DNA of 64,000 nucleotides, taken from the NCBI GenBank assembly GCA_965203465.1, contig CBDBCR010000003.1, forward strand, positions 320,001-384,000. Direction: 5' to 3'. The DNA comes from Nitrosopumilaceae archaeon (GTDB taxonomy: Archaea; Thermoproteota; Nitrososphaeria; Nitrososphaerales; Nitrosopumilaceae). This document shows, piece by piece, positions 50,319-60,719 of the stretch. Numbering within the stretch: the stretch's first letter is position 1; each line of letters opens with the position of its first letter. A program made the position numbers and the translations under genes. The notes under the pieces are model-generated. The model made no database searches and was not told the origin of the DNA. It worked only from the letters and a program-made list of their open reading frames with translations.

Positions 50319-51556
50319 ACCCCAGAGTCCTGCGCGAGAGGCCCGGCGACGTGAGGGAGATGCTGCGCGCGCGCGGCGTAGAGTTCGACCTCGGCGCGCT
50401 GCTCGAGGCGGACAGCGCGAGGCGCGCGCTCATACAGGAGAGCGACGCGCTCCGCACCGAGCGCAACCGCGCCTCGTCGGAGGTCTCGGCCGCCAAAAAA
50501 AAGGGGGGCGACGCTGCGGATCTGATAGCGCGCATAAAGGAGGCGTCCGAGCGCCTGGAATCGCTGGAGCAGAAGAGGGCCGGCGCCGAGAGGCGGTACG
50601 CAGAGCTCGCCTCGTCGGCGCCCAACATGCTCGACCCGTCGGTGCCGGTCGGCGGCGAGGAGGCCAACAGGGTCGAGCGCGCGTGGGGGAGCCCGCCGGC
50701 CTCCGGCCTCAGCCACGTGGACTTTATGGAAAGGACGGGGCTGGGCGACACGGCCCGCGCTGCCAAGGTCTCGGGCGCGCGGTTCTACTACCTGCGCGGG
50801 GGGCTCGTCAGGCTCAACCAGGCGCTGGCGATGTACGCCCTCGACTTTCTGGCCGCCAGGGGGTACACCGAGGTGCAGCCCCCCTACATGATAGGGCGCG
50901 CCGCGATGGAGGGGGCCGTCATCGCCGAGGACTTTGAGGACGTCATCTACAAGATAGACGGGCACGACCTTTTCCTGATCGGCACCTCCGAGCACGCCAT
51001 GGCCGCGATGCATTCGGGCGAGATACTCGAGGGCGGAAAGCTCCCGCTGCGGTACGCCGGCGTGAGCCCGTGCTTCAGGAAGGAGGCCGGCGCGCACGGC
51101 AGGGACCAAAAGGGGATATTCAGGGTGCACCAGTTCGACAAGGTCGAGCAGTTCGTCTTTGCGCGCCCCGAGGACTCCGAGGCGGAGCACCGCAGGATGC
51201 TGGCCATCTCCGAAGAGTTCTACAAGAGCCTCGAGATACCGCACAGGGTGGTGCTTCTCTCCAGCGGCGACATGGGCAAGGTCTCGGCAAAGACGTGGGA
51301 CATCGAGGCGTGGATGGCCGGGCAGCGGTCGTACAGGGAGGTGGTCTCGTGCTCCAACTGCCTCGACTACCAGGCCAGGAGGCTGGGCGTGCGGTTCCGC
51401 GACCGCACGTCGGATCCGACCTCCCACGTGCACACGCTCAACGGCACGATGGTGGCCACCACGCGCGTCATGGCGTGCATGATGGAGATGTCCGGCGGCA
51501 GCATCAGCGTGCCGCCCGTCCTGCAAAAGTACGTCGGCTCAGAGCGGATAGGCTGA
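50312..51556 (+). CDS. serS: Seryl-tRNA synthetase
   Basis: GTSEH, FRKEAGAHG, FRVHQFDKVEQF, EVVSCSNC. Confidence 0.97.
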   Translation: MLDPRVLRERPGDVREMLRARGVEFDLGALLEADSARRALIQESDALRTERNRASSEVSAAKKKGGDAADLIARIKEASERLESLEQKRAGAERRYAELASSAPNMLDPSVPVGGEEANRVERAWGSPPASGLSHVDFMERTGLGDTARAAKVSGARFYYLRGGLVRLNQALAMYALDFLAARGYTEVQPPYMIGRAAMEGAVIAEDFEDVIYKIDGHDLFLIGTSEHAMAAMHSGEILEGGKLPLRYAGVSPCFRKEAGAHGRDQKGIFRVHQFDKVEQFVFARPEDSEAEHRRMLAISEEFYKSLEIPHRVVLLSSGDMGKVSAKTWDIEAWMAGQRSYREVVSCSNCLDYQARRLGVRFRDRTSDPTSHVHTLNGTMVATTRVMACMMEMSGGSISVPPVLQKYVGSERIG

Positions 51557-52367
51557 CAGAGGCCGCGCGCGCGGCGCGCGCCGGATCGTGCGTGCGCAGC
51601 GCGTCCGCCCCTCCCAGCACGCACGCGGCCTCGAGGGCCGCCGAGGCCTCGCCGCGCTCGGCCGGATCGCGTATGCCGAACATCCTTCCGACCACCGACT
51701 TGCGCGAGACCGAGGCCATGACGGGGAACCCCACCCCGCCGATGCGCCTGATCACCTCCAGGTCGCGCTCGAACCAGCCGCCGCCCGTCCTGGTGTGGAG
51801 GCGGCCGCGCCCCGACCTCCGAAAGAACCCTATCGACGGGTCGAGCACCACGCGGTCCCGGCGCGCCCCCGCGTCGACCGCGATCGAGACGCTCTGTTCG
51901 AGCAGTCTTCTGGCGGCGAGCACCGGATCGCCGGGCGGCGCGCGGTGGCCGTGGGCGCAGAGCACCAGCGACGGCGAGTACGACGAGACGACCTCGCGCA
52001 TGAGGGGGTCGTGCTTCAGCCCCGAGACGTCGTTGATTATGGTGGCGCCCGCCTCGAGGGCCGCGCGGGCCACCGAGGCGCGCGCGGTGTCCGCCGAGAC
52101 CGGCAGGCCGGCGCCTAGCGAGGCGCGCACCGCTCGCACCACCCGCCTCCGCTCGGTTTCGGCCGAAACGCGCGTGCCAAGGTACGGCGCGCTGGACATG
52201 CCCCCCACGTCGATCACGTCGGCGCCCTGTTCGGCGAGCCTGCGCGCCGCGGGGCCGATGCCGCGCGACCTGACCGAGCCGGCGTAGAACGATTCTGGGC
52301 TGGCGTTAAGTATCCCCATGATCAGGGTGCGCCCGCCGCCCACGCGCGCGGAGCCGAGCCGGTTCAC
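51504..52367 (-). CDS. folP: Dihydropteroate synthase
   Basis: MGILNASPESF, IDVGGMSSAP, INDVSG, LDPSIGF, SRKS, LRTHD. Confidence 0.92.
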   Translation of the reverse strand: MNRLGSARVGGGRTLIMGILNASPESFYAGSVRSRGIGPAARRLAEQGADVIDVGGMSSAPYLGTRVSAETERRRVVRAVRASLGAGLPVSADTARASVARAALEAGATIINDVSGLKHDPLMREVVSSYSPSLVLCAHGHRAPPGDPVLAARRLLEQSVSIAVDAGARRDRVVLDPSIGFFRRSGRGRLHTRTGGGWFERDLEVIRRIGGVGFPVMASVSRKSVVGRMFGIRDPAERGEASAALEAACVLGGADALRTHDPARAARAASVSLSALSRRTFAGRAAR

Positions 52368-52400
52368 GACGTTTATGAGAGGCGCGCAAATTTTAGTCGT

Positions 52401-53138
52401 GTGGCGCCTCGCGGATGGTACCCCAGGTACCGCCGGATACTTGCAAGGACCGGATACAGCGGAGCGGCCGATCTGCGGTCGGCGCGCCTGCTTGCCCGCA
52501 TAGTAGGGGGCGGGGCGCGCCTCGCAGAGCTGGAGCGGACGGTGCGCGGCAGGCCCGTCTTCGTGGTGGGCGCCGGGCCCTCGCTGCCGGCCGACGCCGA
52601 GGTGCTGGCGCGGCACAGGCGCGTGGCCAGGATCGCGGCGGACAGCGCGGCGCACTACATGGCAGACGTTGGCGCGCGCCCGCACGCGGTGGTCACGGAC
52701 CTGGACGGGCCGCGGCTGGACGAGGCGGCGCGCCGATCGTTCATGGTGGTGCACGCGCACGGCGACAACGCGGATCTGCTCGGCCGGGCCGCCGGGTTCC
52801 CGAGGCTCGTGGGCACGTGCCAGTGCAGGCCCCCGCCCGGGCTGTACAACTTTGGCGGCTTTACCGACGGGGACAGGGCCGCGTTCATGGCCGACGCGCT
52901 CGGCGCTTCGGACATAGTGATGCTCGGCATGGACTTTGGATCCCGGATAGGGGGGTGCTCGCGCACGCCGGCGCGCGAGAGGCCCGCCAAGATTGCAAAA
53001 CTGCGCGAGGCGGAGCGCCTGATCGAGTGGCTCGGCTCGCGCAGGACGCTGTACTCTACGGCCGGCACGGCCGGAACCGTCAGGATACGCCGCGAGGAGA
53101 TAGGCGCAGTGCTGCGGGGCGCGGGCCTGCGCGGCTAG
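52401..53138 (+). CDS. mptE: 6-hydroxymethyl-7,8-dihydropterin pyrophosphokinase (DUF115)
   Basis: VGAGPSL, VTDLDG, HAHGDN, NFGGFTDGDRA, GMDFG. Confidence 0.9.
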   Translation: MAPRGWYPRYRRILARTGYSGAADLRSARLLARIVGGGARLAELERTVRGRPVFVVGAGPSLPADAEVLARHRRVARIAADSAAHYMADVGARPHAVVTDLDGPRLDEAARRSFMVVHAHGDNADLLGRAAGFPRLVGTCQCRPPPGLYNFGGFTDGDRAAFMADALGASDIVMLGMDFGSRIGGCSRTPARERPAKIAKLREAERLIEWLGSRRTLYSTAGTAGTVRIRREEIGAVLRGAGLRG

Positions 53139-56100
53139 CCCGCCGCGCTTATGGCGTCGGCGGCCCGGTCGTACGTTGCGGACAGCTTCCACTTGCCGTC
53201 CTCTACTCCCCAGAACGCGATGTTGCCCCCCGCCAGATCGCCCGCGTCGTTGAGCGCCGTGCCGCCGATGGCGCCCGAATAGTTTTCGGCCACCGACGGC
53301 AGCGCCGCCTTTACGGCGCCGGGATCGTCGCCGCCGGCCTCCAGTATCGAGAGGCCCAGCAGCCAGACGACGTCGTAGGCCGTATATGCATAGACTATCG
53401 GATCTATGCCCAGTTCGTCAGACAGGCGCGCCTTTAGGCTGTCGCTCTTTTCGTTGTCCGGTATGGCCGGCAGCGATGAGACGAACCCGACCTCGTTCAC
53501 GAACGCGCCGGCGATCTCGTCGCCGACGATTGCCTCGGAGAGTGCGCTGCCGTCGGTGCCGTACCAGCGCACCGAGGACGTGTTTTCGTGCTGGCTTGCG
53601 GCCTGTATCAGCTGCAGGCCGTCGGATTCAAAGCTTGCCAGCAGGACCGCCACTTTTTCCGGCCCGCGTTCCGCCGACAGTTCTGCTATCCTGTCGGAGA
53701 GCAGCGAGGCGGACACCGAAAACTCGGCGGACTCTGGGTTGTACCGTATCCCGTCGTCGACTGTGCCGCCCAGGGACGTAAAGTGTTCGCGGATGGCCGC
53801 CTCGAGCCCGTCGCCCCACGCGTCGCCGCGCCAGACCGGAATCAGGGCCTCGATGCCGTCCGAGACGGCCAGGCGGGCGGCCACGCCCATCTGCGTGCGC
53901 TCGTTGGGGACGAGCCTGAAGACGTTGTCGCCGGGAACCGCCAGGGACGGCGCCGTCGAGCAGCACCCGAAGATCAGCATGTCGTTTGCCTCGGCGTAAC
54001 CCTTGATGTTGCGTATGTTGGAGCTGGTGAGCGGCCCGCTGACTATTCCGACGTCCCGGGAATAGAGGGCCTGCAGTTTCTCCAGGGCCTGCACCGGGTT
54101 GGTGGCCGTGTCCTCGGTGAGCATGTTCAGGGTCCACTGCTCGCCGCGCTCCTCGAGGTACCGGTTAAAGTCCTCGACTGCGAGCTCGGATGCCGCGTCG
54201 GTCTGCGTGCCCATGTATGATATGTCCCCTGTCAGCGGGGTGAGCTGCCCTATGGTTATCTGGCCGGTGATGCCCGACGGACTGCCCGATCTGATAATGG
54301 TGTCGGTTGCCTGATCGTAAGTGGCCGCCGTCACCCACTTGCCGTCCTCCACTCCCCAGAACGCGATGTCGCCGCCGGCCAGATCGCCCGCGTTGTTGAG
54401 TGCCGTGCTGCCTATGGCGCCCGAATAGTTTTCGGCCACCGACGGCAGCGCCGCCTTTACGGCGTTTGGATCGTCGCCGCCCGCCTCGAGTATCGAAAGG
54501 CCCAGCAGCCAGACCACATCGTATGCGGTGTACGCGTACACTATCGGGTCTATGCCCAGCGATTCGGAGAGGCGCGACTTTAGGCTGTCGCTCTTTTCGT
54601 TGTCCGGTATGGACGGCAGCGAGGAGAGGAAGCCGACCTTGTTTACGAACGCGCCTGCGATCTCGTCGCCTACGATGGCCTCCGAGAGGGCGCTGCCGTC
54701 GGTGCCGTACCAGCGCACCGAGGACGTGTTTTCGTGCTGGTCCGCGGCCTGTATCAGCTGCAGGCCGTCGGATTCAAAGCTTGCCAGCAGGACCGCCACT
54801 TTTTCCGGCCCGCGTTCCGCCGACAGTTCTGCTATCCTGTCGGAGAGCAGCGAGGCGGACACCGAAAACTCGGCGGATTCGGGGTTGTACCGTATCCCGT
54901 CGTCGACTGTGCCGCCCAGGGACGTAAAGTGTTCGCGGATGGCCGCCTCCAGCCCGTCGCCCCACGCGTCGCCGCGCCAGACCGGAATCAGGGCCTCGAT
55001 GCCGTCCGAGACGGCCAGGCGGGCGGCCACGCCCATCTGCGTGCGCTCGTTGGGGACGAGCCTGAAGACGTTGTCGCCGGGAACCGCCAGGGACGGCGCC
55101 GTCGAGCAGCACCCGAAGATTATCATGTCGTTTGCCTCGGCGTAACCCTTGATGTTGCGTATGTTGGAGCTGGTGAGCGGGCCGCTGACTATTCCGACGT
55201 CGCGCGAATAGAGGGCCTGCAGTTTCTCCAGGGCCTGCACCGGGTTGGTGGCCGTGTCCTCGGTGAGCATGTTCAGGGTCCACTGCTCGCCGCGCTCCTC
55301 GAGGTACCTGTTAAAGTCCTCTACTGCGAGCTCGGAGGCCGCGTCGGTCTGCGTGCCCATGTACGATATGTCGCCGGTCAGCGGGGTGAGCTGCCCTATG
55401 GTTATCTCGCCGGATATATCCGAGACGCCGCCCGGATCCCTGCTCGCCACGCTGGTGATCTTGTCGGTGGCCTGGTCGTAGACGACCGACAGCCTCCACT
55501 TGCCGTCGACTACGTTCCAGAACGCGATGTTGCCTCCCGCCAGATCCCCGGCCGCGTTGAGGGCCGTGCTGCCGATGGCGCCGGAGTGGCCTTCCGCCAC
55601 GGACGGCAGCACCGCCCTTACTGCCTGGGCGTCCCCGCTGCCGGCCTCCAGTATGGAAAGGCCCAGCAGCCAGACGACGTCGTAGGCAGAATACGCATAG
55701 ACTATCGGATCCGAGCCTATCCTTTCTGAGAGGCGCGCCTTTAGGTCGGCGCTCTGTTCGTTGTCCGGTATGGCCGGCAGCGAGGAGAGGAACCCGACCT
55801 TGTTTACGAACGCGCCGGCGATCTCGTCGCCGACGATTGCCTCGGAGAGGGCGCTGCCGTCGGTGCCGTACCAGCGCACCGAGGACGTGTTTTCGTGCTG
55901 GCTTGCGGCCTGTATCAGCTGCAGGCCGTCGGATTCAAAGCTTGCGAGCAGCACGGCCACCCTGTCGGCCCCGTGCTCTGCGGACAGCGCCTCCACCTTG
56001 TCCGCGAGCAGCGACGCGGACGCGGACATTTCGGCGGATTCCGGGTTGTACCTTATGCCCTCGTCGACCTCGCCTCCCAGCTCCGCAAAGTGGTACCGGA

Positions 56101-56734
56101 TGGCGGCCTCGAGCCCGTCGCCCCACGCGTCGCCGCGCCATACGGGAATCAGGGCCTCGATGCCGTCCGAGACTGCCACCCGCGCGGCGATTCCCATCTG
56201 CGTGCGCTCGTTGGGGACGAGCCTGAATATGCTGTCTCCGGGAACGGCGAGGGACGGCGCCGTCGAGCAGCACCCGAAGATCAGCATGTCGTTGGCCTCC
56301 GTGTACCCCTTGATGTTGCGTATGTTGGAGCTGGTGAGCGGGCCGTTGACTATGCTCACGTCCCTCGAATGGAGCGCTTGGACCTTTTCGAGCGCCTGCA
56401 CCGGGTTGGTGGCCGTGTCCTCGGTGAGCATGTTGAGGCGCCACCGCTCGCCGCGCTCCTCCAGGTACCGGTTAAAGTCCTCTACTGCGAGCTCGGAGGC
56501 CGCGTCGGTCTGCGTGCCCATGTACGATATGTCGCCGGTCAGCGGGGTAAGCTGCCCTATGGTTATCTGGCCGGTCAGCGCGGTCGCGACGCCGGGGTTC
56601 GGATCCGCGCTGGGCCTCGCGTCCACCGCGGGCTCGGCCGGCGCCCCCGTGTCCACTACCGCCAATGTGGCCATGACCGAGATCGCGGCCGTGGCGGCCA
56701 CTACAAGCACCGTGCCGGCAAGCGTCAGGCCCAT
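53135..56734 (-). CDS. Membrane-anchored ABC substrate-binding protein (LivJ-like) with three tandem domains
   Basis: N-terminal TM helix; three ~380-aa repeats starting ITIGQLTPLTGD. Confidence 0.92.
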   Translation of the reverse strand: MGLTLAGTVLVVAATAAISVMATLAVVDTGAPAEPAVDARPSADPNPGVATALTGQITIGQLTPLTGDISYMGTQTDAASELAVEDFNRYLEERGERWRLNMLTEDTATNPVQALEKVQALHSRDVSIVNGPLTSSNIRNIKGYTEANDMLIFGCCSTAPSLAVPGDSIFRLVPNERTQMGIAARVAVSDGIEALIPVWRGDAWGDGLEAAIRYHFAELGGEVDEGIRYNPESAEMSASASLLADKVEALSAEHGADRVAVLLASFESDGLQLIQAASQHENTSSVRWYGTDGSALSEAIVGDEIAGAFVNKVGFLSSLPAIPDNEQSADLKARLSERIGSDPIVYAYSAYDVVWLLGLSILEAGSGDAQAVRAVLPSVAEGHSGAIGSTALNAAGDLAGGNIAFWNVVDGKWRLSVVYDQATDKITSVASRDPGGVSDISGEITIGQLTPLTGDISYMGTQTDAASELAVEDFNRYLEERGEQWTLNMLTEDTATNPVQALEKLQALYSRDVGIVSGPLTSSNIRNIKGYAEANDMIIFGCCSTAPSLAVPGDNVFRLVPNERTQMGVAARLAVSDGIEALIPVWRGDAWGDGLEAAIREHFTSLGGTVDDGIRYNPESAEFSVSASLLSDRIAELSAERGPEKVAVLLASFESDGLQLIQAADQHENTSSVRWYGTDGSALSEAIVGDEIAGAFVNKVGFLSSLPSIPDNEKSDSLKSRLSESLGIDPIVYAYTAYDVVWLLGLSILEAGGDDPNAVKAALPSVAENYSGAIGSTALNNAGDLAGGDIAFWGVEDGKWVTAATYDQATDTIIRSGSPSGITGQITIGQLTPLTGDISYMGTQTDAASELAVEDFNRYLEERGEQWTLNMLTEDTATNPVQALEKLQALYSRDVGIVSGPLTSSNIRNIKGYAEANDMLIFGCCSTAPSLAVPGDNVFRLVPNERTQMGVAARLAVSDGIEALIPVWRGDAWGDGLEAAIREHFTSLGGTVDDGIRYNPESAEFSVSASLLSDRIAELSAERGPEKVAVLLASFESDGLQLIQAASQHENTSSVRWYGTDGSALSEAIVGDEIAGAFVNEVGFVSSLPAIPDNEKSDSLKARLSDELGIDPIVYAYTAYDVVWLLGLSILEAGGDDPGAVKAALPSVAENYSGAIGGTALNDAGDLAGGNIAFWGVEDGKWKLSATYDRAADAISAAG

Positions 56735-56837
56735 GCCGCTGACCGAAACTACGAGTAATTAAGGATTGGGTGGGGCCCCGCGTTCGCGGCGCGCGCTTTC
56801 ACAGGCGTTTATATCCGGCGCGCAAAGATTCCCGCCC

Positions 56838-59800
56838 GTGGCAGACCTCGTCCTGTCGGAGAGCCAAAAGCGCGCCATAAGCCACGACAGGGGGCACCTG
56901 CGCATAGTCGCCTGCCCCGGATCCGGCAAGACCGAGACGGTCAGCAGGCGCGTCGCCGAGCTGGTCAGAAAGGGCGCCGCGCCCTCCGGCATCGTGGCCT
57001 TTACGTTCACAAGAAAGGCCGCAGACGGCCTCAAGTCCAGGATACGCGGCATGCTGGAGGGGCGCCCGGATCTGGGCGACATGTACGTGGGGACGATAGA
57101 CGCGTTCTGCCTGTACATGCTCAAAAAGATCAGGCCCGAGTACAGATCCTTCGAGATACTCGACGGCGCCAAGCGCGCAGCCTTCCTGAACAGGTGGTAC
57201 AGGACCCTGCGGCTGGACAAGCTCGACGGTGGCCGGGGCAGGTGGAGCGTCATAGACGAGTTCGCCAGGAGCGCGGACTTGGCCGTCACCGAGCAGATAG
57301 ACGTCTCCCGCGCGGGCGCCGAGTTTGCCGAATGCTTTGAAAAATACGCCGAAAAGCTGCGCGAGGAGAGGTTCTTCGACTTTGTGTCCGTCACGGACAC
57401 GCTGCTCGAATCCCTGCGCGATCCGGGCGCCCTGAAAAAGCTGGGCTCGGAGGTAAAGCACGTCGTGTTCGACGAGTACCAGGACGTGAACGGGCTGCAG
57501 GAGAGGCTGCTCGAGGCGCTCTCGGCAGGCGCCCTCTCCGTGTGCGTGGTCGGGGACGACGACCAGAACATATTCCAGTGGAGGGGCAGCAACATAGCGC
57601 ACATACTCCAGTTCCCCTCAAAGTACGGCGCGTCCACCGAGACGCTCGGCACCAACTACCGGGCCACCGGCGCCCTGGTGAGCGCGGCCGCGAGGCTCAT
57701 CTCCGGCAACAGGGGCCGCGTCCCAAAGGACATGGAGGCGCACCCGGACCGGGCCGGCGCTTTCGAGCGCGGCGACATGGTCCACCAGCACTTCGAGACC
57801 GACGCCGAAGAGTTCGGCTTCGTCTGCGACGCGATGGAGGGCCTGCGCGGCGCCGAGTTCGCCGGCAGCGGGGGCGCGCGCGCCCTCTCGTACCGCGACA
57901 TGGCCGTGATAGTAAGGACCAACGAGGACGCTGCAAGGACGGTCAAGTTTCTGTCCGGCAGGGGCATAGAGTGCGCCGCGGAGAGCGGCACCAGCGTCTT
58001 CGAGCGCCCGGCAGTCTCGCTCGCCACCGACTGCATAATGTACGCGTTCGACGAGTACGGGTACGGGACCGACGACAAGCCGGATCTGGGCGGCCTGGCG
58101 CGCAGGTACGCAGAGGCCGTGCCCGGCGGGGACGAGGGGGCGTTCGCCCTGGGCATGCGGCAGGTCAGGGAGATGGGCGACGCGGTCAGGGCCAAGGAGG
58201 GCGGCTGGCTACCCGATCTGGGCCTGCAGGAGTTTTACCAGCGGGTGCTCTCGGCGATGGGGGCCGAAAAGGGCGCGCTGTCCGATGCGGACATGTACGG
58301 CCTGGCCGTGCTGAGCAGGGCCGTGTCGGACTACGAGTACGTGTACAGGTTCCTGCGGGCAGGCCACGTGGCGGGCCTGCGCTGGTTCATATCCCAAGTG
58401 GCGGCCCGCGAGTACCCGGATCCGGCGCACGCGGATCCGGGCGGGGCCGACGCGGTCCACGTGCTGACCATCTGGAAGGCCAAGGGCCTGGAGTTTCCGG
58501 CCGTCTTCGTGCCCTCGTTCGACGACAGGCGCCCCCCTCCCCCGCAGCCCGTGTTCATAGGCGATCACCTGTACGAGAGCGGCAGGTACGCCGGCGGCGA
58601 GGAGGACGAGCGGCGCGCCTACTACGTGGCCGTGACGCGCTCGCAAAAGTACCTGTTCCTGACCAGCGCGGCGCGCAGGGAGATAGGGGTCAACAGGGAG
58701 CCCCCCAAGAACGCGAGGCGGCCGCACCGGTTCGCCTCCGAGCTTGCCGGGCCGGAGTTTTCGCCGGCCGCCCCGATCGACGCGCCCAAGGCGACGTCCG
58801 GCGCGCCCGCCGCGCCAGGCGGCCTCATGCAGTCCTCGTACGGCAAGCTGGCCTCGTACGGCAGGTGCCCGCACGAGTACAGGCTCAGGCACGTCATGGG
58901 GTTCAACCCCGGCGTCCCCAGCGTGTTCAACTACGGCACGTGCATACACAACATACTCAACTACCTGCACGCCGAGTTCCTCGGCGGGGGAGGCGTGCCC
59001 GGCGAGGCCGACATAAGGCGCGCGTTCGACGGCATGTTCCACCTCAGGTTCGCCCCGAAGGCGCAGAACGAGGCCATGAAGAAAAAGGGGATCGGAATGG
59101 TGGCAGGCTACGTGCTCAGATGCGGCAGGGATTTTGAAAAGATGCTGGACGCAGAAAAGAGGTTCGAGTTCCGGCTGGGCGGCGCGCTGGTCTCGGGCAG
59201 CATAGACCAGGTGGTGCGCGACGAGCGCGGCCCCCGGATAGTGGACTTTAAGGTGGGCGAAAGCGGCCGTGCGCGCGACGAGCGCGCCGAGCAGGTGCGG
59301 CTGTACGCGTGCGCCGCGCGCGCCTCGCTCGGGTACAGGCCCGGGTCGGCCGCCATACACGTCCTCGACGATCAAGGTGTAGAAGAGGTGGGCGTGGGCG
59401 ACGCGGAGCTGGAGGAGGCCGCCGCCGAGGCCCGCCGCAGGATCGGGCTCGTCGCCGCCAGAAAGTTCGAGCCCTCGCCCGAGAGGGAAAAGTGCGGCGC
59501 GTGCGACTTTAGGGCCCTCTGCCCGCACAAGGGTTTCGAGGTGGGCCCCCGGTTCGGGCCCGCCAAGGACGCCAGGCGCGACCCGCACGGGGAGGACGCG
59601 GGGGACGAAGAGCAGCCCGCCGGCGAGGGCGCGCCGGTAGTGAGCCGCGCGATGGCCGAAAAGGCCGAAAAGCTCGCCTCCCTCGCGAGCCGCAACGCGG
59701 ACGGCTCTTTCAGCGTCCCGTCCCTCACAGATCCGTCCAAAAAGTACACGGTCTCGGCGGGCATGAAGTGCGGGTGCAGGGGGTTTGCAGAGTATCCGCA

Positions 59801-59879
59801 GCGCCATCCGGGGACCGCCCCCACGTGCTCGCACGCCGAGGCCGCCAAGATTTTCCGCGCCCGCCGGGCCGGCCAATGA
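56838..59879 (+). CDS. UvrD/Rep helicase fused to a PD-(D/E)xK nuclease and SWIM zinc finger
   Basis: ACPGSGKT, FDEYQD, GDDDQNIF, TNYR, KAKGLEF, YVAVTRS; GSID..VDFK; CGC...CSH; TTTATA at 56808-56813. Confidence 0.92.
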   Translation: MADLVLSESQKRAISHDRGHLRIVACPGSGKTETVSRRVAELVRKGAAPSGIVAFTFTRKAADGLKSRIRGMLEGRPDLGDMYVGTIDAFCLYMLKKIRPEYRSFEILDGAKRAAFLNRWYRTLRLDKLDGGRGRWSVIDEFARSADLAVTEQIDVSRAGAEFAECFEKYAEKLREERFFDFVSVTDTLLESLRDPGALKKLGSEVKHVVFDEYQDVNGLQERLLEALSAGALSVCVVGDDDQNIFQWRGSNIAHILQFPSKYGASTETLGTNYRATGALVSAAARLISGNRGRVPKDMEAHPDRAGAFERGDMVHQHFETDAEEFGFVCDAMEGLRGAEFAGSGGARALSYRDMAVIVRTNEDAARTVKFLSGRGIECAAESGTSVFERPAVSLATDCIMYAFDEYGYGTDDKPDLGGLARRYAEAVPGGDEGAFALGMRQVREMGDAVRAKEGGWLPDLGLQEFYQRVLSAMGAEKGALSDADMYGLAVLSRAVSDYEYVYRFLRAGHVAGLRWFISQVAAREYPDPAHADPGGADAVHVLTIWKAKGLEFPAVFVPSFDDRRPPPPQPVFIGDHLYESGRYAGGEEDERRAYYVAVTRSQKYLFLTSAARREIGVNREPPKNARRPHRFASELAGPEFSPAAPIDAPKATSGAPAAPGGLMQSSYGKLASYGRCPHEYRLRHVMGFNPGVPSVFNYGTCIHNILNYLHAEFLGGGGVPGEADIRRAFDGMFHLRFAPKAQNEAMKKKGIGMVAGYVLRCGRDFEKMLDAEKRFEFRLGGALVSGSIDQVVRDERGPRIVDFKVGESGRARDERAEQVRLYACAARASLGYRPGSAAIHVLDDQGVEEVGVGDAELEEAAAEARRRIGLVAARKFEPSPEREKCGACDFRALCPHKGFEVGPRFGPAKDARRDPHGEDAGDEEQPAGEGAPVVSRAMAEKAEKLASLASRNADGSFSVPSLTDPSKKYTVSAGMKCGCRGFAEYPQRHPGTAPTCSHAEAAKIFRARRAGQ

Positions 59880-60199
59880 CTTTAATGCGGCCAGGCTCCG
59901 GCGCGGGCGTGGACTACGGCGAGGCATCGGAGTGCCTCTTTGGGGAGCCGGGCGCCTCTGTCATGGCGCAGCTGGAGGACGGGCCAAGGCAGATAGCAGA
60001 GATCGCATCTGCGGCCGGCGCCGAACCGCAGGCTCTGCTCGAAAAGATCGCGCCCCTGATAGAGTCGGGCGTGCTGCGCTCGGAGGGCGGGGCCCTGCGC
60101 GTGGACAGGGCGAGGCTCGACGAGGTGCTGGAGTCCGACGCTGCCAGATTCGACGGCGTGACCGACGGGCTGACAAAGATGGACGGGTACCTCAACTGA
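59876..60199 (+). CDS. Small wHTH-like hypothetical protein
   Basis: HTH-like pattern QIAEIASAAGAEPQALLEKIAPLIESGVL. Confidence 0.65.
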   Translation: MTLMRPGSGAGVDYGEASECLFGEPGASVMAQLEDGPRQIAEIASAAGAEPQALLEKIAPLIESGVLRSEGGALRVDRARLDEVLESDAARFDGVTDGLTKMDGYLN

Positions 60200-60674
60200 C
60201 GCGGCGCCTGAACGCGTACACGGCGCCGCCGGCGAGCATCCCGATTCCGGCCACCAGCACGTATATCGAGACGAACGCTATCGTCCTCTTGGCGGCGTCC
60301 GGCTCCGGCCCGACGTAGCCGGCCACAAAGCCCTCCTTGCCGTCCTCGTTGTACACCTGCAGCACGTACCGCCCGGACGCGTCCGCCACGAAGAGGCCCT
60401 CCGAGGCGCCGCTGCCGTGGTATTCGTCGGCGATGACGCCGCCCGGTCCGGACAGCACCGCCCGCACTGATGCCAGCTCGGGCACCTCCACGGCGTACAC
60501 GCCGCGCTCGCCTGCCTCCATGTGCCTGGAGGCGGACACGTCCTGGCCCGGCCCCACGCGCCCCTGCGCCACCTCGAACTCCTCAAAGACGATCTGGCTT
60601 CCCCACGTCGAGGCGCCCAGCCCCGCAGAGATCAGCACGCCGCCGGCCACGCAGAGCACGAAGATCTTCGACAC
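60192..60674 (-). CDS. Hypothetical membrane protein
   Basis: N- and C-terminal hydrophobic helices flanking a beta-rich segment. Confidence 0.7.
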   Translation of the reverse strand: MSKIFVLCVAGGVLISAGLGASTWGSQIVFEEFEVAQGRVGPGQDVSASRHMEAGERGVYAVEVPELASVRAVLSGPGGVIADEYHGSGASEGLFVADASGRYVLQVYNEDGKEGFVAGYVGPEPDAAKRTIAFVSIYVLVAGIGMLAGGAVYAFRRRVS

Positions 60675-60719
60675 CGGGGCCGGGCGCCCGGGGGCACGTA
60701 AAAATCCTGCCCGGGCAGG

